Counted from the stretch's first letter, positions 39,049-49,328 are shown. The stretch: DNA of 64,000 bases from an uncultured bacterium (GCA_963710755.1 CAVQBK010000003.1:736001-800000), one strand, 5' to 3'. Notes: generated by a model not told the origin, from the letters alone. Program-made: numbers and translations.

Positions 39049-40065
39049 ATGTTCATGACGGAACCATTGAAACGAAGTGCCGCATTGGCAGTGGTGATCA
39101 TAGGGGTAGTGAGTATGGGCTGGCAGACCCTGCTGGTTGCCCAGGAAGCCATAACGCCCACAGCAACGGCTGTGGTTGATCCTAGCCAACTTTTAGAAAT
39201 GAATCCTGTGGGGCAAACCCGGCCGGTCCAGCCTGCAGTAAGCGATGAATTAATCGTTCCCCAAGAGCAGGATCAAGAACCCGACTCCCTGGCAGCTGGT
39301 GTTGAGCCGGCTGCAACCGCCGTGCCTACGGTGATTCCCTCAGGACCTTTGACCCACATTATTCATGCCGTCATATTATCCCCTTTCTATCTTTCCGCCA
39401 ATTTGCCCCAGGTCGACCGCACGGAACTGGATCTGGGACTCTTGATCAGCCAGCATCCTGGCCTTAATGTGTCCCTGGCCTGGGGCGCTACACCGGAACT
39501 TATGGCGTCTGCCCGACTGGCAGTACAAGGCGCCAGTTACACCACCGGCTTGGGGCTGCTCTATGCTTTACGGCCGGAATTAGCTGCTGAGATCAAACCT
39601 GGCCTGGCCTTGTCCGCCCAGTGGCGGGGACAGAATTTTCGAACCAATGATGAAGCCCGAAGCAACATTTACCGCGGTAATCGCTTCAATCTGGGGGTGG
39701 TGGCTTCCAAGGATTTGGGGAGTTTGGCGCTGGGATTGAACACTGATCAGGCATTGGTAGATTTTTTACATTTTTTTAGACTGCATGTGGAAGCCTTAAC
39801 TGAATATCAAACCGGCAGGGTGGAAGTGACGGAAGCACCCCTGAGCAGGCTGGAATTTGGTATTGCAGGTACCATGGAAATAATCATGGTTCCCAAGCGA
39901 ATTTACTTAACCCTCACTTATCGTTCTCTTTCGGACTGGCTCAATGAAGATGATCGTTATATCGGCCTTCGATATTATCCCCGCGAAGATTTTTCCTTGG
40001 ACTTACTGGGCGGCTGGTTGGGTCCGGAAGCGGTCCTCAATTTTGGATTGGGATGGCTTTTTTAA
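39049..40065 (+). CDS. Putative outer-membrane beta-barrel protein
   Basis: Signal peptide, P/T/A-rich linker, amphipathic beta segments and a C-terminal LNFGLGWLF beta-signal. Confidence 0.6.
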   Translation: MFMTEPLKRSAALAVVIIGVVSMGWQTLLVAQEAITPTATAVVDPSQLLEMNPVGQTRPVQPAVSDELIVPQEQDQEPDSLAAGVEPAATAVPTVIPSGPLTHIIHAVILSPFYLSANLPQVDRTELDLGLLISQHPGLNVSLAWGATPELMASARLAVQGASYTTGLGLLYALRPELAAEIKPGLALSAQWRGQNFRTNDEARSNIYRGNRFNLGVVASKDLGSLALGLNTDQALVDFLHFFRLHVEALTEYQTGRVEVTEAPLSRLEFGIAGTMEIIMVPKRIYLTLTYRSLSDWLNEDDRYIGLRYYPREDFSLDLLGGWLGPEAVLNFGLGWLF

Positions 40066-40300
40066 TACATCCTCCTTTATCTTCGCATTTCAATGCAGGG
40101 ATGAATGAGAACTATAAAAATAAAATCCTTTCCTATCACAAGCACAGCATGCTGCACGATAATTTTATTCTGATTTTTCGGTTTAAGTGATAGCTAAAAG
40201 GAGTTGCTTTTTACCACCTCTCCAGAAACGGAATAATATCAAATGATCCCATTTTTTATAAAAAACGATTAACATTACAAAAATAATGCCGTTGCTATCA

Positions 40301-40330
40301 TTGACGACTTTATAGGGCTGCTGTTATAAT
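40301..40330 (+). promoter_or_regulatory. Candidate sigma70 promoter
   Basis: TTGACG-N18-TATAAT with an extended -10 TG, in an AT-rich intergenic region. Confidence 0.65.
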
Positions 40331-40364
40331 TGCCGAAATACTTTTTATAAAAGTTAACAAAGAG

Positions 40365-41195
40365 GTGAAACTTATGCGATTTTATGGAAAAAGCATACTT
40401 TTGTTCAGCTTTTATATAATTCCACTTCTACTGGTAATTGGCTGCGGGCAGAACAGAAATTTTTTTGCACCTCTTCACAGTGATGGCATTGAATCCAATG
40501 CCAGTGTATTGGTAGCTGACGGCAAAGCGGCTTTGGAACGGGGAGATTACGGCAGCGCAGAAACTTATTTTGGTCTGGCCAAATTACATAATCCCAAAAA
40601 TTCGGAAGCCCGTATAGGCTATGCCGAGGCTTATCTTAAAAGCCATGGGTTTAGTCTGGGCACTTTTGTGGTCCGGCTGCTCGATCAATTGAATGATCAA
40701 AGTGCAGGACAAACTTTTGCCTTTATCCAGCCAGCGGATTGGGGACAGGCCAATCTGGCGGACTTAAATGATATTTTTCAAACCGTGATCGACTGCCTTG
40801 ATCCGATTGCTTTAGGCCTTACCGAAGGGCCGGTGTCCTCATTGGATATTGATGTCAATCTGACGACCGGTATGTTTTATATTCTCTCCTTCGGCCTGGA
40901 ACTGGAAACCTTGAGCACCCAATATGAGGTGGTCACCCTGCCCAAAAGCGAAGTGCAAGCGTCTTTGCCCACCGTGCCGTCCACAGTTTGGGATCAGTTG
41001 CCCGATGAATTTCTTTGGTTCAAGGATATAACCAGCAGCGACCTGCCTACCTTGGCTGACATCACCCAATTTAAAACCGATATTAATAACGGCCTGGCCC
41101 GCCTGCGGGTGGCGGCCAGTCAGAGTTCCTCACCGGATATGCTCAACCAGGTTATTGATCTGTTCAACAACTGGGAACAACTGGCCAACCAGTAA
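40365..41195 (+). CDS. Lipoprotein with N-terminal TPR
   Basis: Lipobox LLVIGC; GKAALERGDYGSAETYF...PKNSEARIGYAEA TPR. Confidence 0.75.
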   Translation: MKLMRFYGKSILLFSFYIIPLLLVIGCGQNRNFFAPLHSDGIESNASVLVADGKAALERGDYGSAETYFGLAKLHNPKNSEARIGYAEAYLKSHGFSLGTFVVRLLDQLNDQSAGQTFAFIQPADWGQANLADLNDIFQTVIDCLDPIALGLTEGPVSSLDIDVNLTTGMFYILSFGLELETLSTQYEVVTLPKSEVQASLPTVPSTVWDQLPDEFLWFKDITSSDLPTLADITQFKTDINNGLARLRVAASQSSSPDMLNQVIDLFNNWEQLANQ

Positions 41196-41211
41196 TCACG
41201 AGGGGGAGATT

Positions 41212-43458
41212 ATGTCCAACCGATTCAAATCCACTTTGTTTGCCATCCTGACGATCGGTCTGCTATGCTGGCCGCAGCTGGCCCAAAGTGCGGAAACCAG
41301 AAGACAACAGTTTATTCTTGGCGACAATACGGAACGAATTTTTATCGAAGGCATTCGCCCCATGGGTATGGGGGGCGCTTTTACCGCGGTGGCCGATGAC
41401 GAAAACGCCCTTTTCTACAACCCTGCCGGACTGGCCCGTCTGGAGTACTGGCGGTTTACATTTCCCAAAATTCTGGTGGGCACGGACATTAAGTCCTATG
41501 ACAATTTGATTTATCTGCTCGGTCACTATAATGATGTCATGAAACTCTCCGGCGGGTCCTTGAGTCCGGATCAACAGGCCGAACTGGCCGATGTGATCGA
41601 CCGGCTTTCCAACACCCGTATTCATAATTTAATGCAGTACAGTATGACTTACATTCAGCCTCACTTTGGTTTTGGGCTGTATCTTTTTGACGATAATCTG
41701 CTGGAAACCGGGGCTATCCTGTTCCCGGAAGCCAATTGGAATGTGCGCGCCGGCTTTATTCCCAACTTCTCCTTTGGCTGGGGCTGGGATGTGCCTCAAT
41801 TTGGCTACCTAGCTTTTGGCTTGGGGTTCAAAGGTATTATTCAGGCTAAGAGCATGCAGGAAAACGTGTCGGCTTTTGCACTGGGGGATGTGCCCATGGA
41901 AATGCAGTGGGGCGCGGGTTTTGATCTGGGATTTTTATATGAACCCACCAAGGAACTAAGCTTTGCCGTGGTCATGGCCGATTTGTATACCCAGGTAATG
42001 AACGAGGTCCAGGTGCCCAATTTGAAAGTGGGGTTTGCCTACAAACCATGGTGGATGCAATATGAAGATTTGCAGACCACCTTGGCACTGGATGTGGTGG
42101 AACTTAATTGGCAAGGCGATAATGAATTCAAGAACAGCAAGAATAACGCGGCCTTAATTAATTTTTCCAAATTACGCGTAGGGGTGGAATTTGTGCTTTC
42201 CGGTTTGGTGGCCTTGCGCGGAGGTATGTATCAAGGTTACCCCACTGCGGGTATCTCCCTGCAAACGGGCTTTATCAATCTTGACTGGGCTTATTTTGCC
42301 AAGGAATTGGGCACCTATCCCGGACAAAATCCGGAATGGAATCAGCGATTGTCCATTGACTGGCATACAGGATCCAAAATGGCACCTACGGCTACGCCAA
42401 CACCCACGGTCACCATGACCGCTACACCCACAGCCACGGTAACAGCCACGCCCACCAAACGACCGACACCGCAACCTACCTTGAGCGGCCGGGTGCCAAC
42501 ATTAAAAGGTACTTTCGTGGGCTTTAAAGGCACCATTGAAATCGTACCCAAAATGGACGAGGATCCGGGCGATGTCACCAGCTGGGCCATGACCATCAGT
42601 GATCCTAAAGGACGAATCTTAAAAACTTACCGGGGCCGCGGCACACCTCCCAAGAGCTTTACTTGGAATGCCATGGTGCATAAGCGCAGGGTATCGTCCA
42701 AAAATCAATATCCGTTTAAATTGGTGTTGAACACCCCCCAAGGAGCCAAAGTCATCGCCGGTAAGGTGATTATTGTGGATACCATTCCCAAGCTCTATAC
42801 CAGTAAAAATTATGAAGTCTATCCAGACAAGGTCTATTTCTCCATCAAGGAACCCTTGCAGGATGTCAAGAACTGGAAGCTGGATATCTTTAACAGCGCC
42901 AATACGGTGATCCGGACCTATCAAACCAAGGAAAAACTGTTTACAGCTTTTGCTTGGGACGCTAAGGACGAAGAGGGTATGGTGGTTCCCAACAATGCTT
43001 ATTACCACTATGTTCTCAGTATCAATGACAAAGACGATAACCAGATTATTATACGGGATAAACTGCGGCCGGTATTGGGCAAGGTTTATCCCAACGAAAA
43101 CCGCACCACCATTAAAATTGGGGGCATACTTTTTGATACAGGTAAAGCTTACCTGACAGCAGAGATGTTCGACAAGGTCATTAAGAGTGCCTATATCATT
43201 CTCGATGAACCCAATGCCGAAATCTCGCTGGAAGGGCATACGGATTCCACGGGCTCCAAACGCACCAATATGCGCTTGTCCTTGGTCCGGGCGGAATCAG
43301 TACGACGTTTCTTGGTGGATCAGCAGCGAGTACCTGATTATCAATTGAGCATTAAAGGCTGGGGACCAACCCGACCCGTGGCCAGTAACCGTACGGCTGC
43401 CGGTCGTACCAAAAATCGGCGTACGGAAGTGATCATTCGTACCCCGTTGCAGCCCTAG
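41212..43458 (+). CDS. TraF/PorV-like beta-barrel + Pro/Thr linker + two FlgD-Ig-like domains + OmpA peptidoglycan-binding domain
   Basis: IRPMGMGGAFTAVADDENALFYNPAGLA; APTATPTPTVTMTATPTATVTATPT linker; W...I....G..L/IRTY....F.W.A repeats; FDTGKA.L, EGHTDSTG..N..LS..RAESV and NRRTEV OmpA motifs. Confidence 0.85.
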   Translation: MSNRFKSTLFAILTIGLLCWPQLAQSAETRRQQFILGDNTERIFIEGIRPMGMGGAFTAVADDENALFYNPAGLARLEYWRFTFPKILVGTDIKSYDNLIYLLGHYNDVMKLSGGSLSPDQQAELADVIDRLSNTRIHNLMQYSMTYIQPHFGFGLYLFDDNLLETGAILFPEANWNVRAGFIPNFSFGWGWDVPQFGYLAFGLGFKGIIQAKSMQENVSAFALGDVPMEMQWGAGFDLGFLYEPTKELSFAVVMADLYTQVMNEVQVPNLKVGFAYKPWWMQYEDLQTTLALDVVELNWQGDNEFKNSKNNAALINFSKLRVGVEFVLSGLVALRGGMYQGYPTAGISLQTGFINLDWAYFAKELGTYPGQNPEWNQRLSIDWHTGSKMAPTATPTPTVTMTATPTATVTATPTKRPTPQPTLSGRVPTLKGTFVGFKGTIEIVPKMDEDPGDVTSWAMTISDPKGRILKTYRGRGTPPKSFTWNAMVHKRRVSSKNQYPFKLVLNTPQGAKVIAGKVIIVDTIPKLYTSKNYEVYPDKVYFSIKEPLQDVKNWKLDIFNSANTVIRTYQTKEKLFTAFAWDAKDEEGMVVPNNAYYHYVLSINDKDDNQIIIRDKLRPVLGKVYPNENRTTIKIGGILFDTGKAYLTAEMFDKVIKSAYIILDEPNAEISLEGHTDSTGSKRTNMRLSLVRAESVRRFLVDQQRVPDYQLSIKGWGPTRPVASNRTAAGRTKNRRTEVIIRTPLQP

Positions 43459-43551
43459 CATGGTGGACAACGGGTGACCGGGTATCCCGTGCTTTTGGGA
43501 CCAGAAAGTGCACAAAAGACGGCCATATCGTAACTGATCAGCAGCTCTATT

Positions 43552-43593
43552 AAGCCTGTCCCTGGACCAAAGATTCGGGACAGGCTTTTTTTT
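43552..43593 (+). terminator. Rho-independent terminator
   Basis: AAGCCTGTCCC...GGGACAGGCTT followed by a poly-T run. Confidence 0.8.
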
Positions 43594-43709
43594 GACCAAG
43601 ACTGGTCGACAGACTCCAACCTGTGTTAGAATAGCCCCCAAAAAAACAGGCTCAAACACGCAGTTCTTCCTTTTGGGATAACAGCAGCAGCCGGAAGTGA
43701 CTAAACCTC

Positions 43710-45548
43710 ATGGACCTTTATTTGCGATTGTTGAAGTATGTCAAACCTTATACGATGCGCGCCATTTCCGCATTGATTTGTCTGGCTATGGTGGCGGCCT
43801 TGACAGCCCTGGGGTTGTATTTGCTGAAACCGGTTATTGATAAAATCCTGAGCAATACAGACAAAGCCCAGGCCTTGTTTTATTTGCATTTGTTGCCGGC
43901 GGCGGTGCTGATCACCTATCTTTTAAAAGGTCTGGCCACCTACGGTCAGGATTATTTGATTAATAATTTGGGCAACCGCATCATGATGGATATTCGCAAT
44001 CAATTATTCCGGCATATTTTGGGCAGGGAACTGGGTTTTTTCCATAATCAGCGCAGTGGCATGCTCATGTCCCGCATCACTTACGATGTGGCTATGATGC
44101 AGTCGGCAGTTTCCAATGTGCTGGGCCGTCTGGTGGGATCGCTGTTGAACATCATTGGTCTGATCGGCCTGATTTTTTATTTGGACTGGAAACTGGCGAT
44201 TATTTCCTTGTCCATTTTTCCTTTGGCCGTCTATCCCATTGTATACATCGGGAAAACGTTGCGAAAGATTTCCAAGGATGCCCAGGCTAAGATGGCTGAT
44301 GTGACCACTGTGCTGCACGAAACCTTCAGCGGCATTCGGGTGGTCAAAGCTTTTGCCATGGAGCACCGGGAAATGGAACGCTTCCGCAGAGAATTAAGCA
44401 AACATTTTGACTTGATCATGCGCGCCCTGCGCAAAACCGCCATCTCCAGTCCGCTCATGGAATTTATCGGCGTCATTGGTATCAGCATCATGATCGTCTG
44501 GTCGGGAAGCCAGGTCATTAAAGGGCTCTCCACAGTGGGGACCTTTTTTGCCTTTTTGACGGGATTGTTTTCGCTCTATCCTCAGGTTAAAAGCATTGCC
44601 GGCATTAATAATACCATCCAGCAAGCGCTGGCCGCCGCGACGCGGGTGTTTGAAGTACTTGATGAGCCACCGGCGGTCACCGACAGTCCTGACGCCCGCC
44701 CGATGTCGACTTTGAAGCAAGGCATTGAATTTCAGCAGGTGAGTTTTGGCTATACTGCCGACAAATTGGTCCTGGAAGACATTGATATTAAGGTCAAGGC
44801 CGGTGAGATTGCGGCGATTGTCGGACGTTCCGGTGCCGGTAAAACCACGCTGGTCGATCTTATTCCCCGCTTTGCTGATGTCCATGCGGGCCGGATTTTG
44901 CTGGACCGCCAGGATATCCGTTCGGTGACCACCTCCTCGTTGCGTAAAATGATCGGGTTGGTCACGCAGGAAACCGTGCTCTTCAACGATACCATTCGCA
45001 ACAACATTGCCTACGGCAAACCTGAAGCCGCCGATGAGGAAGTGATACAGGCAGCCATCACCGCCAACGCCCATGGCTTTATTATGCAAACCAGAGAGGG
45101 GTATGATACGCTGATCGGGGAACGGGGAGTTAAACTTTCCGGCGGTCAGCGCCAACGTCTGGCCATTGCCCGGGCGGTTCTTAAAAATCCACCGATTCTA
45201 ATATTAGATGAAGCCACATCAGCCCTGGATACGGAATCAGAACGATTGATTCAGGATGCTTTGGAAAAATTAATGGCCCATCGCACCACTTTTGTAATTG
45301 CCCATCGTCTTTCCACGGTGCAACATGCCCATCAGATCATCGTGATTGACAATGGCCGCATTGCCGAACGGGGCCGTCATCAAGAACTGATGCGGCGTGA
45401 TGGGATCTATAAGAAATTGGTACGCATGCAATTTGGGATGAAAAAAACCAAAGCTGCCCGGCCTGCCGTCAAGTCCAGAGTTGCCAAAAAAGCCCCGGCC
45501 CGGGCCAAAGCCGTTAAGGGCGTCCGGCGTCCAAGCCGGCGTGCCTAA
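43710..45548 (+). CDS. msbA: Lipid A flippase MsbA-type ABC exporter
   Basis: TMD plus NBD (GRSGAGKT, LSGGQRQR, ILDEATSALD, IAHRLST); heads the LPS gene cluster. Confidence 0.88.
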   Translation: MDLYLRLLKYVKPYTMRAISALICLAMVAALTALGLYLLKPVIDKILSNTDKAQALFYLHLLPAAVLITYLLKGLATYGQDYLINNLGNRIMMDIRNQLFRHILGRELGFFHNQRSGMLMSRITYDVAMMQSAVSNVLGRLVGSLLNIIGLIGLIFYLDWKLAIISLSIFPLAVYPIVYIGKTLRKISKDAQAKMADVTTVLHETFSGIRVVKAFAMEHREMERFRRELSKHFDLIMRALRKTAISSPLMEFIGVIGISIMIVWSGSQVIKGLSTVGTFFAFLTGLFSLYPQVKSIAGINNTIQQALAAATRVFEVLDEPPAVTDSPDARPMSTLKQGIEFQQVSFGYTADKLVLEDIDIKVKAGEIAAIVGRSGAGKTTLVDLIPRFADVHAGRILLDRQDIRSVTTSSLRKMIGLVTQETVLFNDTIRNNIAYGKPEAADEEVIQAAITANAHGFIMQTREGYDTLIGERGVKLSGGQRQRLAIARAVLKNPPILILDEATSALDTESERLIQDALEKLMAHRTTFVIAHRLSTVQHAHQIIVIDNGRIAERGRHQELMRRDGIYKKLVRMQFGMKKTKAARPAVKSRVAKKAPARAKAVKGVRRPSRRA

Positions 45549-45569
45549 ACCAGGAGGAGTAGGTCAACG

Positions 45570-46154
45570 ATGACACCCAAACGAAAAGCGGTTTTTCTGG
45601 ATCGCGATGGGACTATCATAGAGGAGGCCAATTATTTGGCCGATCCGGACGGGGTACGTCTTCTCGATGGTGCGGCCAAAGGGATCCAGATGTTGAAAGA
45701 GGCCGGGTATTTTATCGTGGTCACCACCAATCAATCGGGTGTGGCCCGCGGTTATTTTTCCGAGGAAACCCTGCGGCAAGTGAATGAACGTATGCGGGTC
45801 CACTTGCGGGAAGAAGGTACGGACATTGACGCGCTTTACTACTGTCCCCATTACGAACAAGGAAGTCTGGAAGAGTTTGCCTTGGCTTGTGAATGTCGTA
45901 AACCTTTACCGGGCATGATCCATCAGGCCAGCCGTGAACATGAGCTGGACTTGTATCAAAGCTGGGTCATCGGCGATAAAACCGCTGATATTGAATTCGG
46001 CCGGGCTGTGGATTGCAGGACCGTGCTGGTGCTGACCGGTTATGGTCAGCAAACCAAAGCCCAGGGATTTGCACAGGACCGGCGCCCTACGCTGGTGGTG
46101 AAAAATTTGAGCGCCGCGGCAGTGACTATTCTGGCCAGCGGCGAACGTCGCTAG
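45570..46154 (+). CDS. gmhB: Heptose-1,7-bisphosphate phosphatase
   Basis: FLDRDGT, TNQSGVARG, CPH, C.CRKP.PG and IGD motifs. Confidence 0.95.
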   Translation: MTPKRKAVFLDRDGTIIEEANYLADPDGVRLLDGAAKGIQMLKEAGYFIVVTTNQSGVARGYFSEETLRQVNERMRVHLREEGTDIDALYYCPHYEQGSLEEFALACECRKPLPGMIHQASREHELDLYQSWVIGDKTADIEFGRAVDCRTVLVLTGYGQQTKAQGFAQDRRPTLVVKNLSAAAVTILASGERR

Positions 46155-46158
46155 GGTC

Positions 46159-47223
46159 ATGGCCGCCAGTTTCCAACGTCTTCTGGTCTGCCGGACCGAT
46201 GCCCTTGGCGATGCGATCCTGACCTTGCCCTTGTTACAGGCCTTGAAAAAAAATATTCCCCAAGCCAAGCTCACCTTTTTGGTTTCTCCGGTTACAGCGC
46301 CTCTTTTTCATGATCTCCCTTGCATTGACCAGCTTTGGGTGTACGATCCGCAAGGCCAACATCAGGGCGGGCCTGGCTTCAGGCAGCTGGTGCGGTCCAT
46401 ACAAGCCGAACGCTTTGAAGCTGTACTGATGGTTTACCCCGACCGCCGTCTGAGCTGGGCCATGGTTAGGGCGGCTGTGCCCCGGCGTGTAGGTACGGGC
46501 CGGCGTTGGTGGTCGTGGATGTACACGCTCAGGCTGAAGCATAGCCGCAAAACGGTCACTAAACATGAAGCGGATTATAATTTAGATTTGCTGAGGGTCC
46601 TGGGTTTTTCGGCAACCTTGGAACACCCTGAGCTGAAGGTGCGCAAGGCTCAGTTGGATGAAGTCAACCATCGTTTGCAGGCCCTTGGCCATCACCCGGG
46701 CCATCCGCTGATAGTGGTGCATGCCGGAGGCCGGGGATCAGCGGCCAATTGGCAGCCTGAGGCTTACGCAGCCTTGGTGGCTAAATTGATGGCCAAGGTG
46801 AAGGGTACCATCCTTCTGACCGGCACAGGTGCCGAGCTGGCACTGGCCGACCGGATAGCCACTCTGGCTGGCCGTGAAGCTACTGGGGAAAAGCCGAGTC
46901 AAGTAGTCGTGATGCGACCACCGGTAGCCTTGGAACAGCTGCCGGCCTTGCTGGCCTCCAGCACCATGGTGGTTTGCGGCAATACAGGACCCATGCACAT
47001 TGCTGCTGCCGTGGGGACGCCCCTGGCAGCGATCTTTCCCCCGGCTGGGGTTACTGGTCCCAAACGCTGGGGTCCCTTAGCCAATGAGGCCATGGTCTTT
47101 ACCCCTGCCAGTGATGATGCCCAAGCGTTCCGTCATGGCATTAGTGCGGTTCAGCTGGACCCGGAGATGGTAGCTGGAAAAATCCTGCAATGGCTCCAGA
47201 CGCATCAAGGAGCAGACTTATGA
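46159..47223 (+). CDS. GT9 LPS heptosyltransferase
   Basis: RTDALGDAIL..P, HAG and NTGPMHIAAAVGTP motifs. Confidence 0.9.
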   Translation: MAASFQRLLVCRTDALGDAILTLPLLQALKKNIPQAKLTFLVSPVTAPLFHDLPCIDQLWVYDPQGQHQGGPGFRQLVRSIQAERFEAVLMVYPDRRLSWAMVRAAVPRRVGTGRRWWSWMYTLRLKHSRKTVTKHEADYNLDLLRVLGFSATLEHPELKVRKAQLDEVNHRLQALGHHPGHPLIVVHAGGRGSAANWQPEAYAALVAKLMAKVKGTILLTGTGAELALADRIATLAGREATGEKPSQVVVMRPPVALEQLPALLASSTMVVCGNTGPMHIAAAVGTPLAAIFPPAGVTGPKRWGPLANEAMVFTPASDDAQAFRHGISAVQLDPEMVAGKILQWLQTHQGADL

Positions 47224-48365
47224 ATTATGCATGGCTGACGGTGCTGGTAGCCTTATTGGCTGGAGGATGTGCTACGGGCAGAACGGAATTTAAAGTAATT
47301 CATCAGGAACGTCCCCAACCCCCTGCTTCTGCAGCCCCGGTGGTTAAAGAGGCTTCCAGACCCACGGCTGTTCCGGCTTTCCAGGATCAAACGCAGGCTA
47401 ATGCTTCCTCGGGCAAGATGATCAAGGTCACGGTTAAGGCCGGCGACACCCTAAGTGGTCTTTGCCTGCAGCTACTGGGACGGGCCAGGTTATATCCGCA
47501 AGTGGCTGCGGCCAACCAACTTTCCAATCCTGACCTGATTTATCCGGGGCAGGTGATCGTGTTTGCAGCAGGTCGGGAAAAAGGGGCGCCCTCCACGCCC
47601 GCAGCACCTACGCCCGCCTTAGTCTCCGAAACGGTCGCCGTGTCACCGGCCGCCAGCAGTGCTTCACCAGCTTATCCTCAGGTAGAGCAAAAGGCGTTTG
47701 CTCCCGGCGAGAAGTTAACCTTTGCCGTGGAGTATTTGGGCATTGCCGCAGGGTATGCCACCCTAAGTGTTGAAAACGGCATGTCAATCGAAAACCGGCC
47801 GACCTACCATCTGGTGGCCACGGCCAGAACCCACCCGGCCTTTGAATGGTTTTACGTCGTGCGTGACCGTATCGAATCCTACATGGACAAGCAGGGGTTA
47901 TTTTCTTGGCGCTATGAAAAGCATTTGCGTGAAGGCGGCTACAAAAATGATACGGTGCTGGCCTACCGCCAGTTGGAACAAAAGGTCAGCACCCTCGATG
48001 GCAAACGGGAGGTGGAAGCCCCGGCTTGGTGCCAGGATGTGCTCTCTGAGTTTTATTATTTCCGCGCCCTGCCCTTGGTGCCCGGACAAACCCTGACCAT
48101 TCCCGTGCTGGCTGACGACCTGAAAAGTTATGAACTGGTCGTCAAGGTTCAGGGCCGGGAAAAGATCACCGTGCCGGCCGGCACCTTTCAGTGCCTTAAG
48201 GTCGAACCCTTTTTAAAATTTGAAGGGTTGTTTAAACATCAGGGCCAATTGCATATTTGGGTGACCGATGACCAACGTAAGGTGCCGGTGCTCATCCGCA
48301 GCAAAATTGTGATCGGGTCCATTGACATCGTGCTGCGCGATGCCGTGGTGGTGGAGGTGGAATAA
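47220..48365 (+). CDS. Lipoprotein with LysM and DUF3108 domains
   Basis: Lipobox LAGGC; VKAGDTLS...N..SNPDLIYPGQ LysM; GEKLTF, VRDRIES, E.ITVPAGTF.C and WVTDD..KVPV DUF3108 motifs. Confidence 0.85.
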   Translation: MNYAWLTVLVALLAGGCATGRTEFKVIHQERPQPPASAAPVVKEASRPTAVPAFQDQTQANASSGKMIKVTVKAGDTLSGLCLQLLGRARLYPQVAAANQLSNPDLIYPGQVIVFAAGREKGAPSTPAAPTPALVSETVAVSPAASSASPAYPQVEQKAFAPGEKLTFAVEYLGIAAGYATLSVENGMSIENRPTYHLVATARTHPAFEWFYVVRDRIESYMDKQGLFSWRYEKHLREGGYKNDTVLAYRQLEQKVSTLDGKREVEAPAWCQDVLSEFYYFRALPLVPGQTLTIPVLADDLKSYELVVKVQGREKITVPAGTFQCLKVEPFLKFEGLFKHQGQLHIWVTDDQRKVPVLIRSKIVIGSIDIVLRDAVVVEVE

Positions 48366-48728
48366 GCACCGGCCGGAGTGGGGAATGGACCTTAAGCTCG
48401 ATGAGGGTTCATCGCCCATGCAGCATTTTGTAAGGTGGTGCCGGTGAAGAAAAAAGATTCACCAGCAAGGTACTAAGGATCGCTAAGAAAGGCCGGTGGA
48501 AAAGTATTCTAACAAGGTCTTAATCTTTCTTGTCGAGCTTGGCGGTAGCAATGACATTTATTTCCGACCTTGCCGGTTTAGAGAGACGTGGCAACACGCG
48601 TTATCATCCGCGTTGGGCATTCCGCATAAAAAATCATAGCCAAAAAAACATAAATCCATATAATAAAGGCCATCTTGGATTTCCGCTGGCCCTTTCCGGC
48701 CTCATTGCCAACCATAAGGAGTTTGTCC

Positions 48729-49328
48729 ATGAACCGCTTGGAAGAAATGGCACGACAGGAACTTGCTGAGGGCATTGCCCTGCGGCAGCAAGCAACAGAG
48801 CAGTTTCCCCGTTTTCTGGAGCAGGCTGCCCGTCTGATGGCCGAGGCCATCCAGAAGGGACACAAGATTCTCATTTGCGGTAATGGCGGCTCCGCCGCGG
48901 ATGCTCAGCATTATGCCACTGAACTGGTGGCCCGGTTATACCAACGGGAGCGTCCGGCCATGGCCGCGGTTGCGCTGACCACCGACACATCGGCCTTGAC
49001 AGCCCTGGCCAATGATTATGGCTTTGAACATGTTTTTTCCAGACAGGTGGAGGCCTTGGGCCAGCCTGGCGATGTACTCTGGGGCCTCAGTACCTCCGGC
49101 AATTCCGTCAATGTGCTTAAAGCCATGGCCACAGCCCGTGAACGGCAAATGCACATCGTTGTCTTCACCGGGCAAGGCGGGCAAATGGATGTTCAGGCGG
49201 ATGTTGCCCTGGCCGTGGCCTCGCGTAACACCATGCGCATTCAGGAGATTCATTTGGCACTGGGGCATGTGATGTGCAAATTGATTGAAGAGTTGGTCTT
49301 TCCCCGCCTGGAAGGAGCTTCAGCATGA
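48729..49328 (+). CDS. gmhA: Sedoheptulose-7-phosphate isomerase
   Basis: CGNGGSAADAQH, ANDYG, STSGNS and RIQE.H motifs. Confidence 0.97.
   Translation: MNRLEEMARQELAEGIALRQQATEQFPRFLEQAARLMAEAIQKGHKILICGNGGSAADAQHYATELVARLYQRERPAMAAVALTTDTSALTALANDYGFEHVFSRQVEALGQPGDVLWGLSTSGNSVNVLKAMATARERQMHIVVFTGQGGQMDVQADVALAVASRNTMRIQEIHLALGHVMCKLIEELVFPRLEGASA

Noticed and set aside
42382-42480. Tandem repeat or CRISPR-like array
   Set aside because: It is a coding Pro/Thr linker with degenerate codons. I saw no repeat-spacer array anywhere in the window.
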